The notes beneath the pieces are model-generated. The model did not search any database. It worked only from the letters and a program-made list of their open reading frames with translations, and was not told where the DNA came from. Positions 26,408 through 39,355 of a DNA stretch of 64,000 bases are shown one piece after another. Source of the DNA: Octopus sinensis (taxonomy: Eukaryota); NCBI RefSeq assembly GCF_006345805.1, contig NC_043007.1:20088001-20152000 (forward strand), read 5' to 3'. Position 1 is the first letter of the stretch. Each line of letters starts with the position of its first letter. The position numbers were made by a program, and so were the translations under genes.

Positions 26408-27059
26408 TTAAAACATATTCTGTGCATTTAATGCATCGACTTCAAAGTAGTGAGAATGAGGATTCCACTAAAATAACTCCATATTATCTAACTGGAAACA
26501 GCCAGGTAAAACATCTAAATATAACTCTACCAGAAAAATAACAGTTAGGGGAACCACACAAAGTAGTTCTCCTAAAATGTGTGTTCCTTATCTCTATGAC
26601 TAACCTGGTATCTCTTGAAAGATTAACTTTTCAGTGTCACTTGTCAATGGAACGGTCTTTATTTGAATCACTATCTGAACATGGGCAAGTTTTGATTTAG
26701 ATGGTTTAATCGTTGCAACAAAAATTGAGCCAAAGATCAATCATATTAAACTGATTAAACCCAGGACGGTCAAATTGGCACTGTCTCGAATGACTATATA
26801 TTCTGAAATAACCCAGAACGAGCAAAAAAAAAAATGTTCCATTGCTGGCTCAATGATTCACTGATAACACTCAAGCACGTGAGCAGGAGTAGTTCACCAT
26901 TGATTGTATTGTCATTCAACAAGGATCTGGGCAGCAACGAGATAGACCAAATCTTTAAAGGGCCAGTGGATGCTATGAAATTATTACTGTTTTTTCCAGT
27001 CCCTGGTGCATTATAGAAATACTTTTGTTGAAGGGTGGTAGATACCATCTGCAATAACT

Positions 27060-27442
27060 CTTCCTTTACTTGTTTCAGTCATTTGACTGTGGCCATACTG
27101 GAGCATCGCCTTTAGTCGAGCAGATTGACCCCAGGACTTATTCTTTGTAAACCTAGTACTTATTCTATCGGTGTCTTTTGTCGAACCGCTAAGTTACGGG
27201 GATGTAAACACACCACCATCGGTTGTCAAGAGATGTTGGGGGAAGAAACATAGACACACAAACATACACACACACACATGTACAACGGGCTTCTTTCAAT
27301 TTCCGTCTACCAAATCCACTCACAAGGCTTTGGTCGGCCCGAGGCTATAGTTGAAGACTCTTGCCCAAAGTGCCACACAGTGGGACTGAACCCAGAACCA
27401 TGCGGTTGGTAAGCAAGCTACTTACTTACCACACAGCCACCC
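27060..27442 (-). mobile_element. SINE family A
   Basis: Reverse-complement copy. Confidence 0.85.
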
Positions 27443-28254
27443 CTGAAATGTTTACACTTGTTCTTTGAAAGCTGAAGTTTAACATTTTAGTCCAATATAC
27501 TGATTTAATTTTCAGAAACTGTTACTTAAAAATAAAAAAAAAAATTTTAAATTACCCCAATGAAATTTGAACTCAGAACATAAATGTTCATCACTTCTTG
27601 CAGTTCACTTGTTTCATTTAATTTGTAACACTGGTAACAAAGTATTTCACACATCACTGAATCTATTCATACAATGTCACCCAACAAAACCCATAGTAAA
27701 AGTAGGGCAGTAGTTAATGTGAAAATTTCCTATTCACTGAAAGGACACCAGAATTTAAAATAGGGTGACTGAAATGTAAAGATATTTTAGTTACAGTTAC
27801 AAGGTGGTGGTGGTGGGTAACATAATTTAAAAGAAAGCAACTTTAGCTGATCACATCGATTGGCGCTTTGTCAGTTACAACAATGAAGGGCTAAACACAG
27901 AAGGGACAAAATACAAAGTAGAGATTTTCCTTTGGGGAAGAAGAGAAGGGGGGGGGGGCGAATTTCTATCAAAAGGGATCGTGAAAAGAAGAAAGAAAAA
28001 AGGGGAGGGGGGAATTCCGATCAAAAGGGATTGTGGGGCTGATCAATAGGGATCGTGTATCACAGTAATGTCAATGTAAAAGAGGAGAACAGATTAGGTT
28101 TGTCCGTGGATAGAAAAGCCTACAGAAAAGACCACGGGGACCTTGGGCAAAGATAGATGGATAGATAGATAGATAGAGAAACAGAGAGAGAGAATTATTT
28201 TGTATAGAATGACTACAGAATATAAGAAAAACAGTAGAATATGAATTTTTGAAT

Positions 28255-28595
28255 CCAGGGCCGTTTGCCAGCTCTGTCTGGCCCTGTGTCGGTGGCACGT
28301 AAAAGCACCATCCGTTCGTGTCCGTTGCCAGCATCGCCTGGCCCCGTGCCGGTGACACGTAAAAGCACCATCCGTTCGTGGCCGTTTACCAGCTCTGTCT
28401 GGCACCTGTGCAGGTGGCACGTAAAAAACACCCACTACACTCGCGGAGTGGTTGGCGTTAGGAAGGGCATCCAGCCGTAAAAACACTGCCAGATCTGACT
28501 GGGCCTGACGAAGCCTTCCAGCTTCACAGACCCCAGTTGACCCGTCCAACCCATGCTAGCATGGAAAGCGGACGCTAAATGATGATGATGATGAG
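28255..28595 (+). mobile_element. Repeat family C with 5' tandem subrepeats
   Basis: Three ~58-nt GGTGGCACGTAAAAGCACCATCCG units precede the core. Confidence 0.8.
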
Positions 28596-29109
28596 TACAT
28601 AAATAGAAAACAATTAAATTTTGTTGATCTAAGTCAGTGCTCGACAACTGGTATGTCACGGCACACTGGTGTGCCATGAGACAATGCTAGGTGTGCCACA
28701 GTGTAACCAGAATATAATTTTTTCCCTGTGCTTTTAGATATATTTTTAGTTCAGGTGCACCATGAGATTTTGAAAAGAATATAAGTGTATCGCAGGTGAG
28801 AAAAGGTTGCAGAAAAGGTTCTGTCCACCAAAACTACTACTTCTAAATCAGCACAACCCAACAAGGATGTCTGTCTCTGCATGGTTGCCAGATCTGCAAC
28901 ATATAGCAGTTAGGTTTCCTCAAATAACGACCTACTGTCTTAAAAAAAGCAGGTGTACGTAGGGTAGTGTAATCTTAGATGCACGATAAACCAGGTTGGT
29001 TAAGGTTGGAATATGATCACAGCCAAGAGTGACTCGGGGCTTCGGTTTTAGATTTCGTCTTTTAAAGGTTAACTATAGAAAAATATAATTAAATATGTCA
29101 TCTTGTCAC

Positions 29110-29252
29110 ACAATATGTTCAAGTAAAATACTGTTCAGGTAAAACAATGTCAAGGTAAAACAATGTCCAGGTAAAACAACGTCCAGGTAAAACAATATGT
29201 TCAGGTAAGACAATATGTTCAGGTAAGACAATATGTCCAGGTAAAACAATGA
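29110..29252. repeat. 17-19-bp minisatellite (TGT[T/C]CAGGTAA[A/G]ACAA), ~8 units
   Basis: Directly visible tandem units. Confidence 0.8.
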
Positions 29253-30464
29253 ATTCTGTTTCTGGTTAAATACAGAATTTTTACATTTTATGAATTTTAG
29301 TCATTGGACTATGGCCATGCTGGGGCACTGCTTTGAAGAGTTTAGTCAAACAAATCAACCCCAGTACTTATCTTTAAGTTTGGTACATATTCTTTAGGTA
29401 TCTTTTGTTGAACCGCTGATGGGGATGTAAATAAACCAACCCCAGTGATGGTGAGAAACAAACACACATACAGCATACACGTGCACACACACACGTGCTT
29501 CCACACAGTTTCTGCCTCCCAAATTCACCCACACGGTACTGGTTGGCTTGGGGCTACGGCAGAAGACACTTGCATAAAGTGCTGCGCAGTGGGACCGAAC
29601 CCCAAACTGCATGGTTGCAAAAACAAGCGTCTTAACCACACGGCCATAATGGAGTATTTCTGAATCTCCTCATAAATATGAATGGCTGCAACCAGAGAAG
29701 AAGAGAAACCTTACTCCACACTCAAATGACAATTTGGCATGTCTCTTCTTAGACCTCACTCAGGTTATATATCTCAATATAATCTGATACGATGGGGGGG
29801 GGACTAAACAGAGAGAGAGAAAGAGAAAGAGAGGGGGTCAAGAATGTAATGTATTTCTAAGATGTCGTTATTGTTGAAAAGGTGTGTGAATAAACACTGT
29901 GATCTCTAATGCTTCCTTTCTTTGCCAGACGAGTTGCCCCACATTGCTGAAATAACCCAGGACAAGCGGACAGAAATGTCTCTTTTGTAAATAAATGCAT
30001 GCTGTTGTGTCGTCTCCACCACCATCAGCACCAGCAGTACATCTGCCGCCGCCATCAGCACCATCCCCCCACCGCCACCGCCACCACCACCATTATGATT
30101 TTACTTTTTAGTTGTCATGTAGCATATCTTTAATTAACTGCAGAGGCACGGCTGAGTGATTAAGAAACTCGTTTTGCAACCATGTGGTTTTGGCTTCAGT
30201 CCCAACATGTGGCACCTTGGGCAGGTGTCTTCTGTAGATCTGGGTCGACCAATGTCTTGTGAGTGAATTTGGTGTGAGTGTGTGTGTGCATATGTGTATG
30301 TGTGTGCGTGTGTGTGTTTGTCTTCCACCATCACTTGATGATAACTGGTGTTTGTTTGTTTGTTTATATCCCCATAACTTAGCAGTTTGGCAAAAGACAC
30401 CAACAAAATACATGTCAGCTTTAAAAAAAGAAAAAAGCACTGTAATTGATTTGTTTGCCTCAAC

Positions 30465-30651
30465 CAGTGCCCCACAACCATTTTTACACTTGCGGCACAC
30501 TTACATTCTTTTCAAAATTTGGTGGCACACCTCAACTAAAAATATAACTAAACATATAGGGAGTAAAATTATATTCAGGTTATACTGCGACACATCTAGC
30601 ATTGTCTCATGGCACACCAGTGTGCCACAGCATACCTGTTGCAGATCACTG
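30465..30651. mobile_element. Old hAT (Charlie-like) MITE
   Basis: CAGTG...CACTG ends and GGCACACCAGTGTGCC motif. Inverted sister copy at ~28635-28823. TSD decayed. Confidence 0.55.
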
Positions 30652-30795
30652 GACTATAAACTATTCACAGTAGTTCCCCAGCACGGCCACAGTCCAATGA
30701 CTAGAACAGGTAAAAGGTATTTCAAGGAGACAGAATTATCAAAATGCACTGTAATAGTTGATGATGATGATATAAATAAAAGAAGAGCTGATAAT

Positions 30796-31570
30796 CTGTT
30801 GTGTCTGGGGAGAGTCATTTTCTTTTTGTGCCTTATAATGTAACAAACTCACCGGTAAAATTTCCACTTATTTCTTATTTTTATTTTCCTAAAATTTTCG
30901 TTGAAAAGGTTGCAAGACGCAACGAAAATTTTAGGAAAATATAAATAAGAAATAAGTGGAAATTTTGCAAGTCGCAACGAAAATTTTAGGAAAATATAAA
31001 TAAGAAATAAGTGGAAATTTTGCAAGTCGCAACGAAAATTTTAGGAAAATAAAAATAAGAAATAAGTGGAAATTTTGCAAGTCGCAACGAAAATTTTAGG
31101 AAAATAAAAATAAGAAATAAGTGGAAATTTTGCAAGTCGCAACGAAAATTTTAGGAAAATAAAAATAAGAAATAAGTGGAAATTTTGCAAGTCGCAACGA
31201 AAATTTTAGGAAAATAAAAATAAGAAATAAGTGGAAATTTTGCAAGACGCAACGAAAATTTTAGGAAAATAAAAATAAGAAATAAGTGGAAATTTTGCAA
31301 GTCGCAACGAAAATTTTAGGAAAATAAAAATAAGAAATAAGTGGAAATTTTGCAAGACGCAACGAAAATTTTAGGAAAATAAAAATAAGAAATAAGTGGA
31401 AATTTTGCAAGTCGCAACGAAAATTTTAGGAAAATAAAAATAAGTGGAAATTTTGCAAGTTGCAACGAAAATTTTAGGAAAATAAAAATAAGAAAAAAGT
31501 GGAAATTTTACCGGTGAGCGTATTACATTATAAGGCACAAAAAGAAAATGACTCTCCCCAGACACAACAG
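30796..31570. mobile_element. Foldback-type element with long TIRs and an internal 55-bp minisatellite (~11 units)
   Basis: CTGTTGTGTCTGGGGAGAGTC... inverted at both ends. Unit AATTTTGCAAGTCGCAACGAAAATTTTAGGAAAATAAAAATAAGAAATAAGTGGA. Confidence 0.85.
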
Positions 31571-31711
31571 AATATGCTTCAACACACGAACTCCCATAAA
31601 GAATCTTGCAAACCAAATCCAAAAACGAAATGTAAAGAGCTGATAAGCAAAATCAGAAAATTACAACACTCACAGACCTGCTATGATTCTACAATGAATA
31701 TTTTATAGTGA

Positions 31712-32102
31712 ACTAGCAGTATCGCCCGGCGTTGCTCGGGTTTGTAAGGGAAATAACTATAAAGCAATTTTAGAGAGTTATAGCCAAAAAATAGCAAAAA
31801 AATGGGGGAAAAAAATGATGGTAAATTTTTTTGAGAGTTAAAAAGGTGGAGTTGCGACCCTAGACAGTTTGTGGTTTGTGTTTCTGATTCTCGACCCCAT
31901 GTCGAATTTATCGATTTTTTTCAGAACTGGGGGAACTTTTCAAAATTTTCGCTGCGTTAGTTTTGAATTATGACATTGGGCTATGTGTGTGTCAAGTTTC
32001 ATCAGAATCGGTTGAAAGCCGTGGTCAGGGTGAGGGTACAACCTAACAGACACACAGAAACACACACAGACAAACTGCCGTTTATATAGAGAGAGAGAGA
32101 TC
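31712..32102 (+). mobile_element. Non-autonomous Helitron-like repeat, second copy
   Basis: Colinear with 8107-8482. Confidence 0.6.
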
Positions 32103-32389
32103 TTACAAGTAAGACCGGGGAATCTAGATTAACAGCAAGATTATAATGAGATAACAAGACGAGAAATCTGTATTATAAACCTGTCTGCCATATCTTAAAA
32201 TAACAACACATCAAGCTTAGCTGACACACACCAGGGACCACTTGCAAGAGGTGACAAACAGTAAAAATAGATGGCTTAACCCTTAAGCAGTCAGATTACT
32301 CTGTCGAATGCAATACATTATTTATTTATTCACATTGTTTTAAATTAATTATGTATTACCTTGGAGATTCGAGATTTCAGTGATGTAAT

Positions 32390-32599
32390 TACTCTTTTAC
32401 TTGTTTCAGTCATTTGACTGTGACCATGCTGGAGCACTGCTTTTAACTCGAGCAAATCGACCCCGGGACTTATTCTTTGTATGCCTAGTACTTATTCTAT
32501 CGGTCTCTTTTGCCGAACCGCTAGGTTACGGGGACGTAAACACACCAGTATCAATTGTCAAGCAATGTTGGGGGGACAAACATAGACACACAAACATAT

Positions 32600-32636
<37 letters not shown>

Positions 32637-32810
32637 CATGTATACGACGGGCTTCTTTCAGTTTCCGTCTACCAAATCCACTCACAAGGCTTTGGTCGGC
32701 CAGAAGTTAAAGTAGAAGACACTTTCCCAAGGTGCCACGCAGTGGGGCTGAACCCAGAACCATGTGGTTCGTAAGCAAGCTACTTACCACACAGCCACTC
32801 CTACGCCTAT
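32390..32810 (-). mobile_element. SINE family A
   Basis: Reverse-complement copy. Confidence 0.88.
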
Positions 32811-33534
32811 AAAAATATAGATCCTTGTTTTTCTTTCATCTAATATTAATTAATACTACTGGTGGGATACCTTAAAACAATGCTACATTATTCATTACAT
32901 TTATATCAAGCCAACACCTGACATAAAAGCCGGCAGTCGAATGACTCGACTGACCTCCATTCACTTGGCTTTCAATAACTCAGCTCATCTCACAGGCAGA
33001 CATGCTAGGCAATTGTTAGTAACAGTTAATAATAGCATAATTCTATAATCATTAAGATTACAATAATCTCTATATTTTAAACAAAACAAAACACAGTGGG
33101 AGTAAACGAAGTTAATCCCATCTTAAAGCAATTATCTCCAATTTTATTGTTGCAATATTCTTTTGGCACCTTCTTGCTCCACTTGTAACTATTATTGAAA
33201 ACTATTTACAGCGGCGGAACAAATCTAATTTCAAGATCAAACACTTAACGATTTTCCCCGAAAGGAGACAGTTATTATCAACTAAGAAATATTGTCACTA
33301 AGCCGCAATATTTAGCACCAGCGATCCAAGCCTGCTTTCATGCTGTTGTTCAACTTGTGCTACAACTTTCACTTATCATTATGATCTGATTATGGTATTT
33401 ACTCACTTTCCAGGCACAGCTGTGTGGTTACGAAGCTCAATTTACAGCCATAAAGTCTCAAGTTCAAGCTCACTGTGAAGCCTGTCATGTGTGTATGTAT
33501 ATGCATATGCGTGTGTGTATATATATATATATAT

Positions 33535-33915
33535 ATATCATCATCATTTAACGTCCGCTTTCCATGCTAGCATGGGTTGGACGGTTCAACTGGGGTCTGA
33601 GGAGCCCGAAGGCTGCACCAGGCCAGTCAGATCTGGCAGTGCTTCTACAGCTGGATGCCCTTCCTAACGCCAACCACTCCGAGAGTGTAGTGGGTGATTT
33701 TATGTGCCACCGACACAGTGCCAGACGAGGCTGGCAGACGGCCACGCTCGGATGGTGTTTTTATGTGCCACCGACACAGGTGCCAGATGAGGCTGGCGAA
33801 CGGCCACGATCGGATGGTGTTTGTTACGTGCCCACAGCACGGAGGCCAGTCGATGCGGTACTGGCTACGGCCACGTTCGATGGTTTTCTTGTATGCCACC
33901 GGCACTGGTACCACA
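33535..33915 (-). mobile_element. Repeat family C
   Basis: Core plus subrepeats. Other copies at ~1905-2175, 16905-17135, 40205-40440, 41760-42090, 43265-43570, 49725-49890, 50390-50560, 54985-55350, 60235-60515. Confidence 0.8.
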
Positions 33916-34257
33916 CATATATATATATAAGCAAAATAAGCAACAAGAATATTTCCGGTAATTTCGTACGATCGTTTCACACTACATCATTTTATTAAGT
34001 ATTGTAAATATTACAACAGTTTTAAAATGTTGAGCAATCATCAGCCATTAATAGAGGTTTCCCATTAATACATAATTTTCATATTAATTGATAACATTAT
34101 AGAGAAGGTAGATATACAGACAAAGATGTTGATTTGAATTTTAAGAACATTGAGATAGTAGAGCTTATCTTATGACTGAAGAGTTCTCCAAGTTCTGGTG
34201 CATCTAACTTAAGTACCATATTCATCTGAATCTAAATTTTGCTGAACTTATATATAT

Positions 34258-34431
34258 ATAGGCGCAGGAGTGGCTGTGTGGTAAGTAGCTTGCTAACCAA
34301 CCACATGGTTCCGGGTTCAGTCCCACTGCGTGGCATCTTGGGCAAGTGTCTTCTGCTATAGCCCTGGGCCGACCAATGCCTTGTGAGTGGATTTGGTAGA
34401 CGGAAACTGAAAGAAGCCTGTCGTATATATG

Positions 34432-34462
<31 letters not shown>

Positions 34463-34675
34463 TTGTGTGTCTGTGTTTGTCCCCCTAGCATTGCTTGACA
34501 ACCGATGCTGGTGTGCTTATGTCCCCGTCACTTAGCGGTTTGGCAAAAAGAGACCGATAGAATAAGTACTGGGCTTACAAAGAATAAGTCCCAGGGTCGA
34601 TTTGCTCGACTAAAAGGCGGTGCTCCAGCATGGCCGCAGTCAAATGACTGAAATGAGTAAATGAGAAATGAGAAT
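34258..34675 (+). mobile_element. SINE family A
   Basis: Aligns with 333-735. A 3'-half copy follows at ~34985-35185. Confidence 0.88.
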
Positions 34676-35529
34676 ATATATGCTGTAAACTGACCACTCA
34701 CTAGAACAATATCTAATTTCATCCCCCACCCGCCCCCGGAAATAAGAAGTAGTTTATGACACTTACCACCACATCAAAACCTAAATCTTAACCTCAAACC
34801 TTTAACATCTTATCTCTTTATCTTAATTCTTTTGTTTTTACGATTTACTTTATATCTTTTTATATTTCCTTATTTTTCTTTATATTTTTATTCTTTACAT
34901 TTTTATAATTTACGTTTTTTTTTATACTTTACGTTTTTTTATACTTTACGTTTTTATATTATCTTGTTACTCTAGTTTTTTTATATTTATTATATTCATT
35001 TATATTTGACAACCGATGCTGGTGTGTTTACGTCTCCGTAACTTAACGGTTCGGCAAAAGAGACCGATAGAATAAGTACTGGGCTTACAAAGAATAAGTC
35101 CTGGGGTCGATTTGCTCGATTAAAGGTGGTGCTCCAGCATGGCCACAGTCAAATGACTGAAACAAGTAAAAGAGTAAAAGAGTTATATCTATTTACTTGT
35201 GATCCCAACATTATTACCTTTTCTCCCCTTTTCTTTCTTTAGGGGTGGGAGGAAGGGTATCTTTTTTTTTTTTTTTCGCAATTGTAAATAAACCCAATCT
35301 GTTTCTTAAACGAGGGACATATTCATACAGCACGGAATGTTGTTTACCTCAATGGAGGTCAGCGATTGGTTAAAATTGCCGAAATGCTTGAAATTAAAGT
35401 GGAAATATGTTACAACATATAGAATTTTCTCAATAAAGCCAAGAGAAAAAGATGTTTTATAAACACATTCTACCAGTATACGAAGTTTAAAAGTGTTTAG
35501 TTAACTAGAAATTGTGTTGACATGTGCCG

Positions 35530-35832
35530 TTAAACGACGACGATGAAATACAACGTATCCAGAACAACATTATTCAATATATCGTTTTTTATTACTCTTC
35601 TGTTATCGTATTTCTGTTGAGATGCCCTGTGTTTCTTTCAATTACTTTAAATATTAACAAAGAATTTAGTAAAATAACTTGGTTATCATTCAGCTAGTGT
35701 AAGGAACATAAATTGTGACTAAGGTTTAGTGGAAGATTTAGTTCAAGTCTTATGAAAACAAGACATTTATGAAAACAAGACATTTGTACTACAGGGCCAG
35801 AGGTGGTTTTAGCTGGGTTGGTATCAAAAGGG
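35530..35832. mobile_element. piggyBac-type MITE, second family, partial
   Basis: Ends AAGGG|TTAA. The matching inverted end TTAACCCTTTCGATACC occurs at ~41625-41762. Left boundary approximate. Confidence 0.6.
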
Positions 35833-36094
35833 TTAAGACAGTTGAGAGCGATTTGAGGGAGAGTTGATCGTTATTTCTAACAGATCAAATAACAGAAAAC
35901 AGTGGATTCCTCATTGACTCAATTAAAATCAGTGTTGTCTTTTTTTCTTTCTTTTGTATCATTGCATCTGATGATATTTATAAAACGCACTTTTTTCCCA
36001 GAAAAAAAAAGGCCTCAAATACAATTTTTTAAATCATCCCGTGTCCTATATGTGAGGTTGAGCCTGTATTGTGTTTTAATGCTCTAGAAACGTT

Positions 36095-36136
<42 letters not shown>

Positions 36137-36818
36137 TGAAACTGGGGTGCGGCTACTATGCCCATGAATCTTTTATGCCAAAGGATACGATATTGAATAA
36201 CAAAAATGTAAACGAAATCAGCACATCTTAAATAAAGCAATGCTTAAATAGTTTTCAAAAGCCTGGAGTATTTTTTGCTCGTCTGTTTTCCTTTATGTAA
36301 ATTCAAAACTGGGCGTTGTTCATGCTAACAATACCATTTTGCCCTCTTTCTTTTCTTGAGACAACAATGAAAACTAAGTCATCTATAGACCCACAATTTC
36401 ATGAGAAATGTTTACTAGACTATAACACTCCGGTGGGCATAAGCTGTCTTTCAACTTCTTGAATAGAAGTGAATTTTATTAAGGCCTTTCGATATTTATT
36501 CAGACTCGAATTTTAACAACTGCCTTTTTGTTCGTTGTATAACTAGCTGCAAAATATTTTAGAAGATGCATTCAAATCTTTCACTATACGGGGCGCCAGA
36601 GTAAAACACTCCTGTTAAATTTACCATGTGTAGAGTCTGCAAATTTTACAAACTTCTTGGTATATAAAATGTAAAAGCAAATAATAGTCCCAGCCTATCA
36701 TAAACTATTCAATTACACATTCCAAATTCACAAGTACTCTATCAATGTCACCACTAATAATCATGGCGTACGCCATAATTGTATCTGCCAAAGCAGACAT
36801 TTTTTAAAAATTCATGTA

Positions 36819-37331
36819 CCGTAAATCCTCGAGTATAATCCGCATTTTCCCCACCAAAATTTAAAGGTCAAAATCCCTAGTCCGTACTATATACAAGGTT
36901 AAAAACGAAAATTATTTTCTAAGCAACGTCCGAGTCTCTATTTGCTGTCCGGCAATGTTTATTCAGACGCATTTTGTGATGTAGGGCGCGAAAATATCTT
37001 AAGCTAAGCCTGAAAGCAATGAAGTCATAAAAGAATCATCCATAACTTGCAGTAAGCAACATTTATTAAATGTTATTACTGTTATTTCTTTATTTTCTGC
37101 AAACAAAATGCACAAAAAAGCTGCACGTTTGCATTTTGTTATATATACAATAATAATAAAGGACGTTACTGTATACATTTTTACAAACCAAGGACGTTAT
37201 ATAGACCTCCTTGACTCAAGATAGAGAAGAGGTGCGTATTATACACAAGGTTTAGGTTTTACAGGGGTACAGCCCCCTAAAAATCCCCTGCGTATTATAC
37301 TTAAGGGCGGACTATACTCGAGGATTTACGG
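36819..37331. mobile_element. Tc1/mariner-type MITE (513 bp)
   Basis: TIR CCGTAAATCCTCGAGTATA / TATACTCGAGGATTTACGG, TA flanks. Confidence 0.85.
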
Positions 37332-37719
37332 TATGTGTGCGCGTGTATCCTTGTCTTGACATTATGTGATGGCTGTGAACAGACATTACTCTCATACAAG
37401 CGAGGACGTTCATCTCAAGCCTTCCATGGAAAACATGTCTGGTCATGGGATTATATGACTTTGTTTGGAAACAGGCGAGGATTGGCGACAGGAAGGGCAC
37501 CTGGATGTAGAAAATCTAACTCAACAAATCCCATCTGACTCATGGAAAAATGGACATTAAGAAGATGATGATGATTCATAAATTCAGCAAAATATCTACA
37601 TAAAGAAACAAAACAGAAAATAATCCACACTAAGGCTGGATTACATTAGCTATGCTGAATAATCTAACTTTTCTTTACATGGTTATTAAAATCTTTTAGA
37701 GGAATAATATAGCTACGAT

Positions 37720-38100
37720 CGTATTTCTTTATTGCCCACAGGGGACTAAACACTGAGAGGACAAACAAGGACAGACAAAGGGATTAAGTCGATTATATCG
37801 ACCCCAGTGTGTAACTCGTACTTATTTAATCGACCCCGAAAGGATGAAAGGCAAAGTCGACCTCGGCGGAATTTGAACTCTGAACGTAGCGGCAGACGAA
37901 ATACCTATTTCTTTACTACCCACCCAAAAGGGGCTACACACAGAGAGGACAAACAAGGATAGACAAACGGATTAAGTCGATTACATCGACCCCAGTGCGT
38001 AACTGGTACTTATTTAATCGACCCCCGAAAGGATGAAAGGCAAAGTCGACCTCGGCAGAATTTGAACTCAGAACGTAGCGGCAGACGAAATACCGAAATG
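37720..38100 (-). mobile_element. SINE family B dimer, 5'-truncated
   Basis: Two units with the standard junction. Confidence 0.85.
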
Positions 38101-38288
38101 TAGCTACGATCCACCTGCAATGTATTCGATGTATCATGTTGATAATATAAGGTCCGCTTCTGAAAATGAGTCAAAAATTGGGAGGAGCCAAACGTCAGAT
38201 GAATTGCGTTGAGTTCAAAGCTTGATTGTATTTGATATTAGTTTTTGACCTTCTAGGATTGACAAGAAACACATCTAAACTAAGGTTG

Positions 38289-38710
38289 GGTACTATTTAA
38301 GAAGAGTGGTCCCGGTGCGCGCACTCGCGTACCCGCGCTAGCTAGTCGTGACTAGTCGATCCTACAACGACGAACGAGCAAAGTAAATAAAACACAAAAT
38401 AAATAAATTTTTTTACACAAAGTAAAAAAAAAAATTGGCGATCATTCGGTATAGGTACCGTAAGTACAGGAAGTGGCTTTGTTTACATTTCTGAAGATAA
38501 CAGAAACCCTTTTTTCCCACCCCTAACACAAACCCTAACCCCCCATATATATAAAAAAAAACTTTCTTGAATTGTATCCGGTACCTATACCGAAGTTACG
38601 CCAAAATTTTTAAACAAAGTAAATAAAACAAAAATACAAAATAAGGATCGACTAGTCACGACTAGCTAGCGCGAGTGCGCGCACCGGGATCACTCTTCTT
38701 AGGTAGTACC
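38289..38710. mobile_element. MITE with long TIRs and 9-bp TSD (Merlin or MULE type), carrying a nested MITE
   Basis: GGTACTA...TAGTACC termini, ~85-bp TIRs, TSD CTAAGGTTG at 38280-38288 and 38711-38719. Confidence 0.85.
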
Positions 38711-39109
38711 CTAAGGTTGATTTAGTTAACTATACTCCTCCACGGCAAGGAGTAGATTGTACCTAAATAAGCTAAAATATAGCTGGGCCTGTAAAATTTA
38801 AAAAAAACACGGCTGGTACACTCCTTAAATCCTTAAAAGTGTTTCAGCCCGAAGGCCGCGGCCATGCTGGGGCACCACCGCTGACTAAGAAACCATAGAA
38901 ACTCTAAGCAAATACCATATGTACAAATGGTAATACAGTTCTATATTTAAGAGATGAGGAATCACGTACTTTATTTACATTATTTATATTTGACAGATAT
39001 TTGTCCTAATCTTGTTTGTTGTTAACACATTTTAGCTGATATACCCTCCATCCTTCTTCAGGTGTCTTGGGGAAATTTCAAACCTGGGTTCACTACGCCA
39101 TATGCCCAC

Positions 39110-39355
39110 GGGCATATGGCGTAGTGGTTAAGAGCGTGGGCTACTAACCCCAAGATTCCGAGTTCGATTCCAAGCAGTGACCTGAACAATAGCAATAATA
39201 ATAATAACATCGAAAAATACTTTGGGAATGAGAACCCAGGTTTGAAATTTCCCCAAGACACCTGATGAAGGCTGGAGGGTATATCAGCCGAAACGTTGTG
39301 TTAACAACAAACAAGATGAGGACAAATATCCATCGAATGTAAATAATGTAAATAA
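39110..39355 (+). mobile_element. tRNA-derived SINE whose 3' half contains a hammerhead ribozyme motif
   Basis: A box TGGCGTAGTGG, B box GAGTTCGATTCC; head resembles tRNA-Arg by eye. An inverted partial copy lies at 38935-39090. Confidence 0.8.
39257..39302 (+). ncRNA. Minimal type I hammerhead ribozyme
   Basis: GACAC-CTGATGA-A-GGCTG-GAGGGTATAT-CAGCC-GAAA-CGT-T-GTGTT. Stem I GACAC/GTGTT, catalytic core CUGAUGA and GAAA, 5-bp stem II, palindromic ACGU helix III, GUU cleavage triplet. Confidence 0.75.

Noticed and set aside
39110-39185. Functional tRNA gene (also other SINE heads)
   Set aside because: Acceptor and anticodon stems are broken and the head continues into repeat body; SINE head only.
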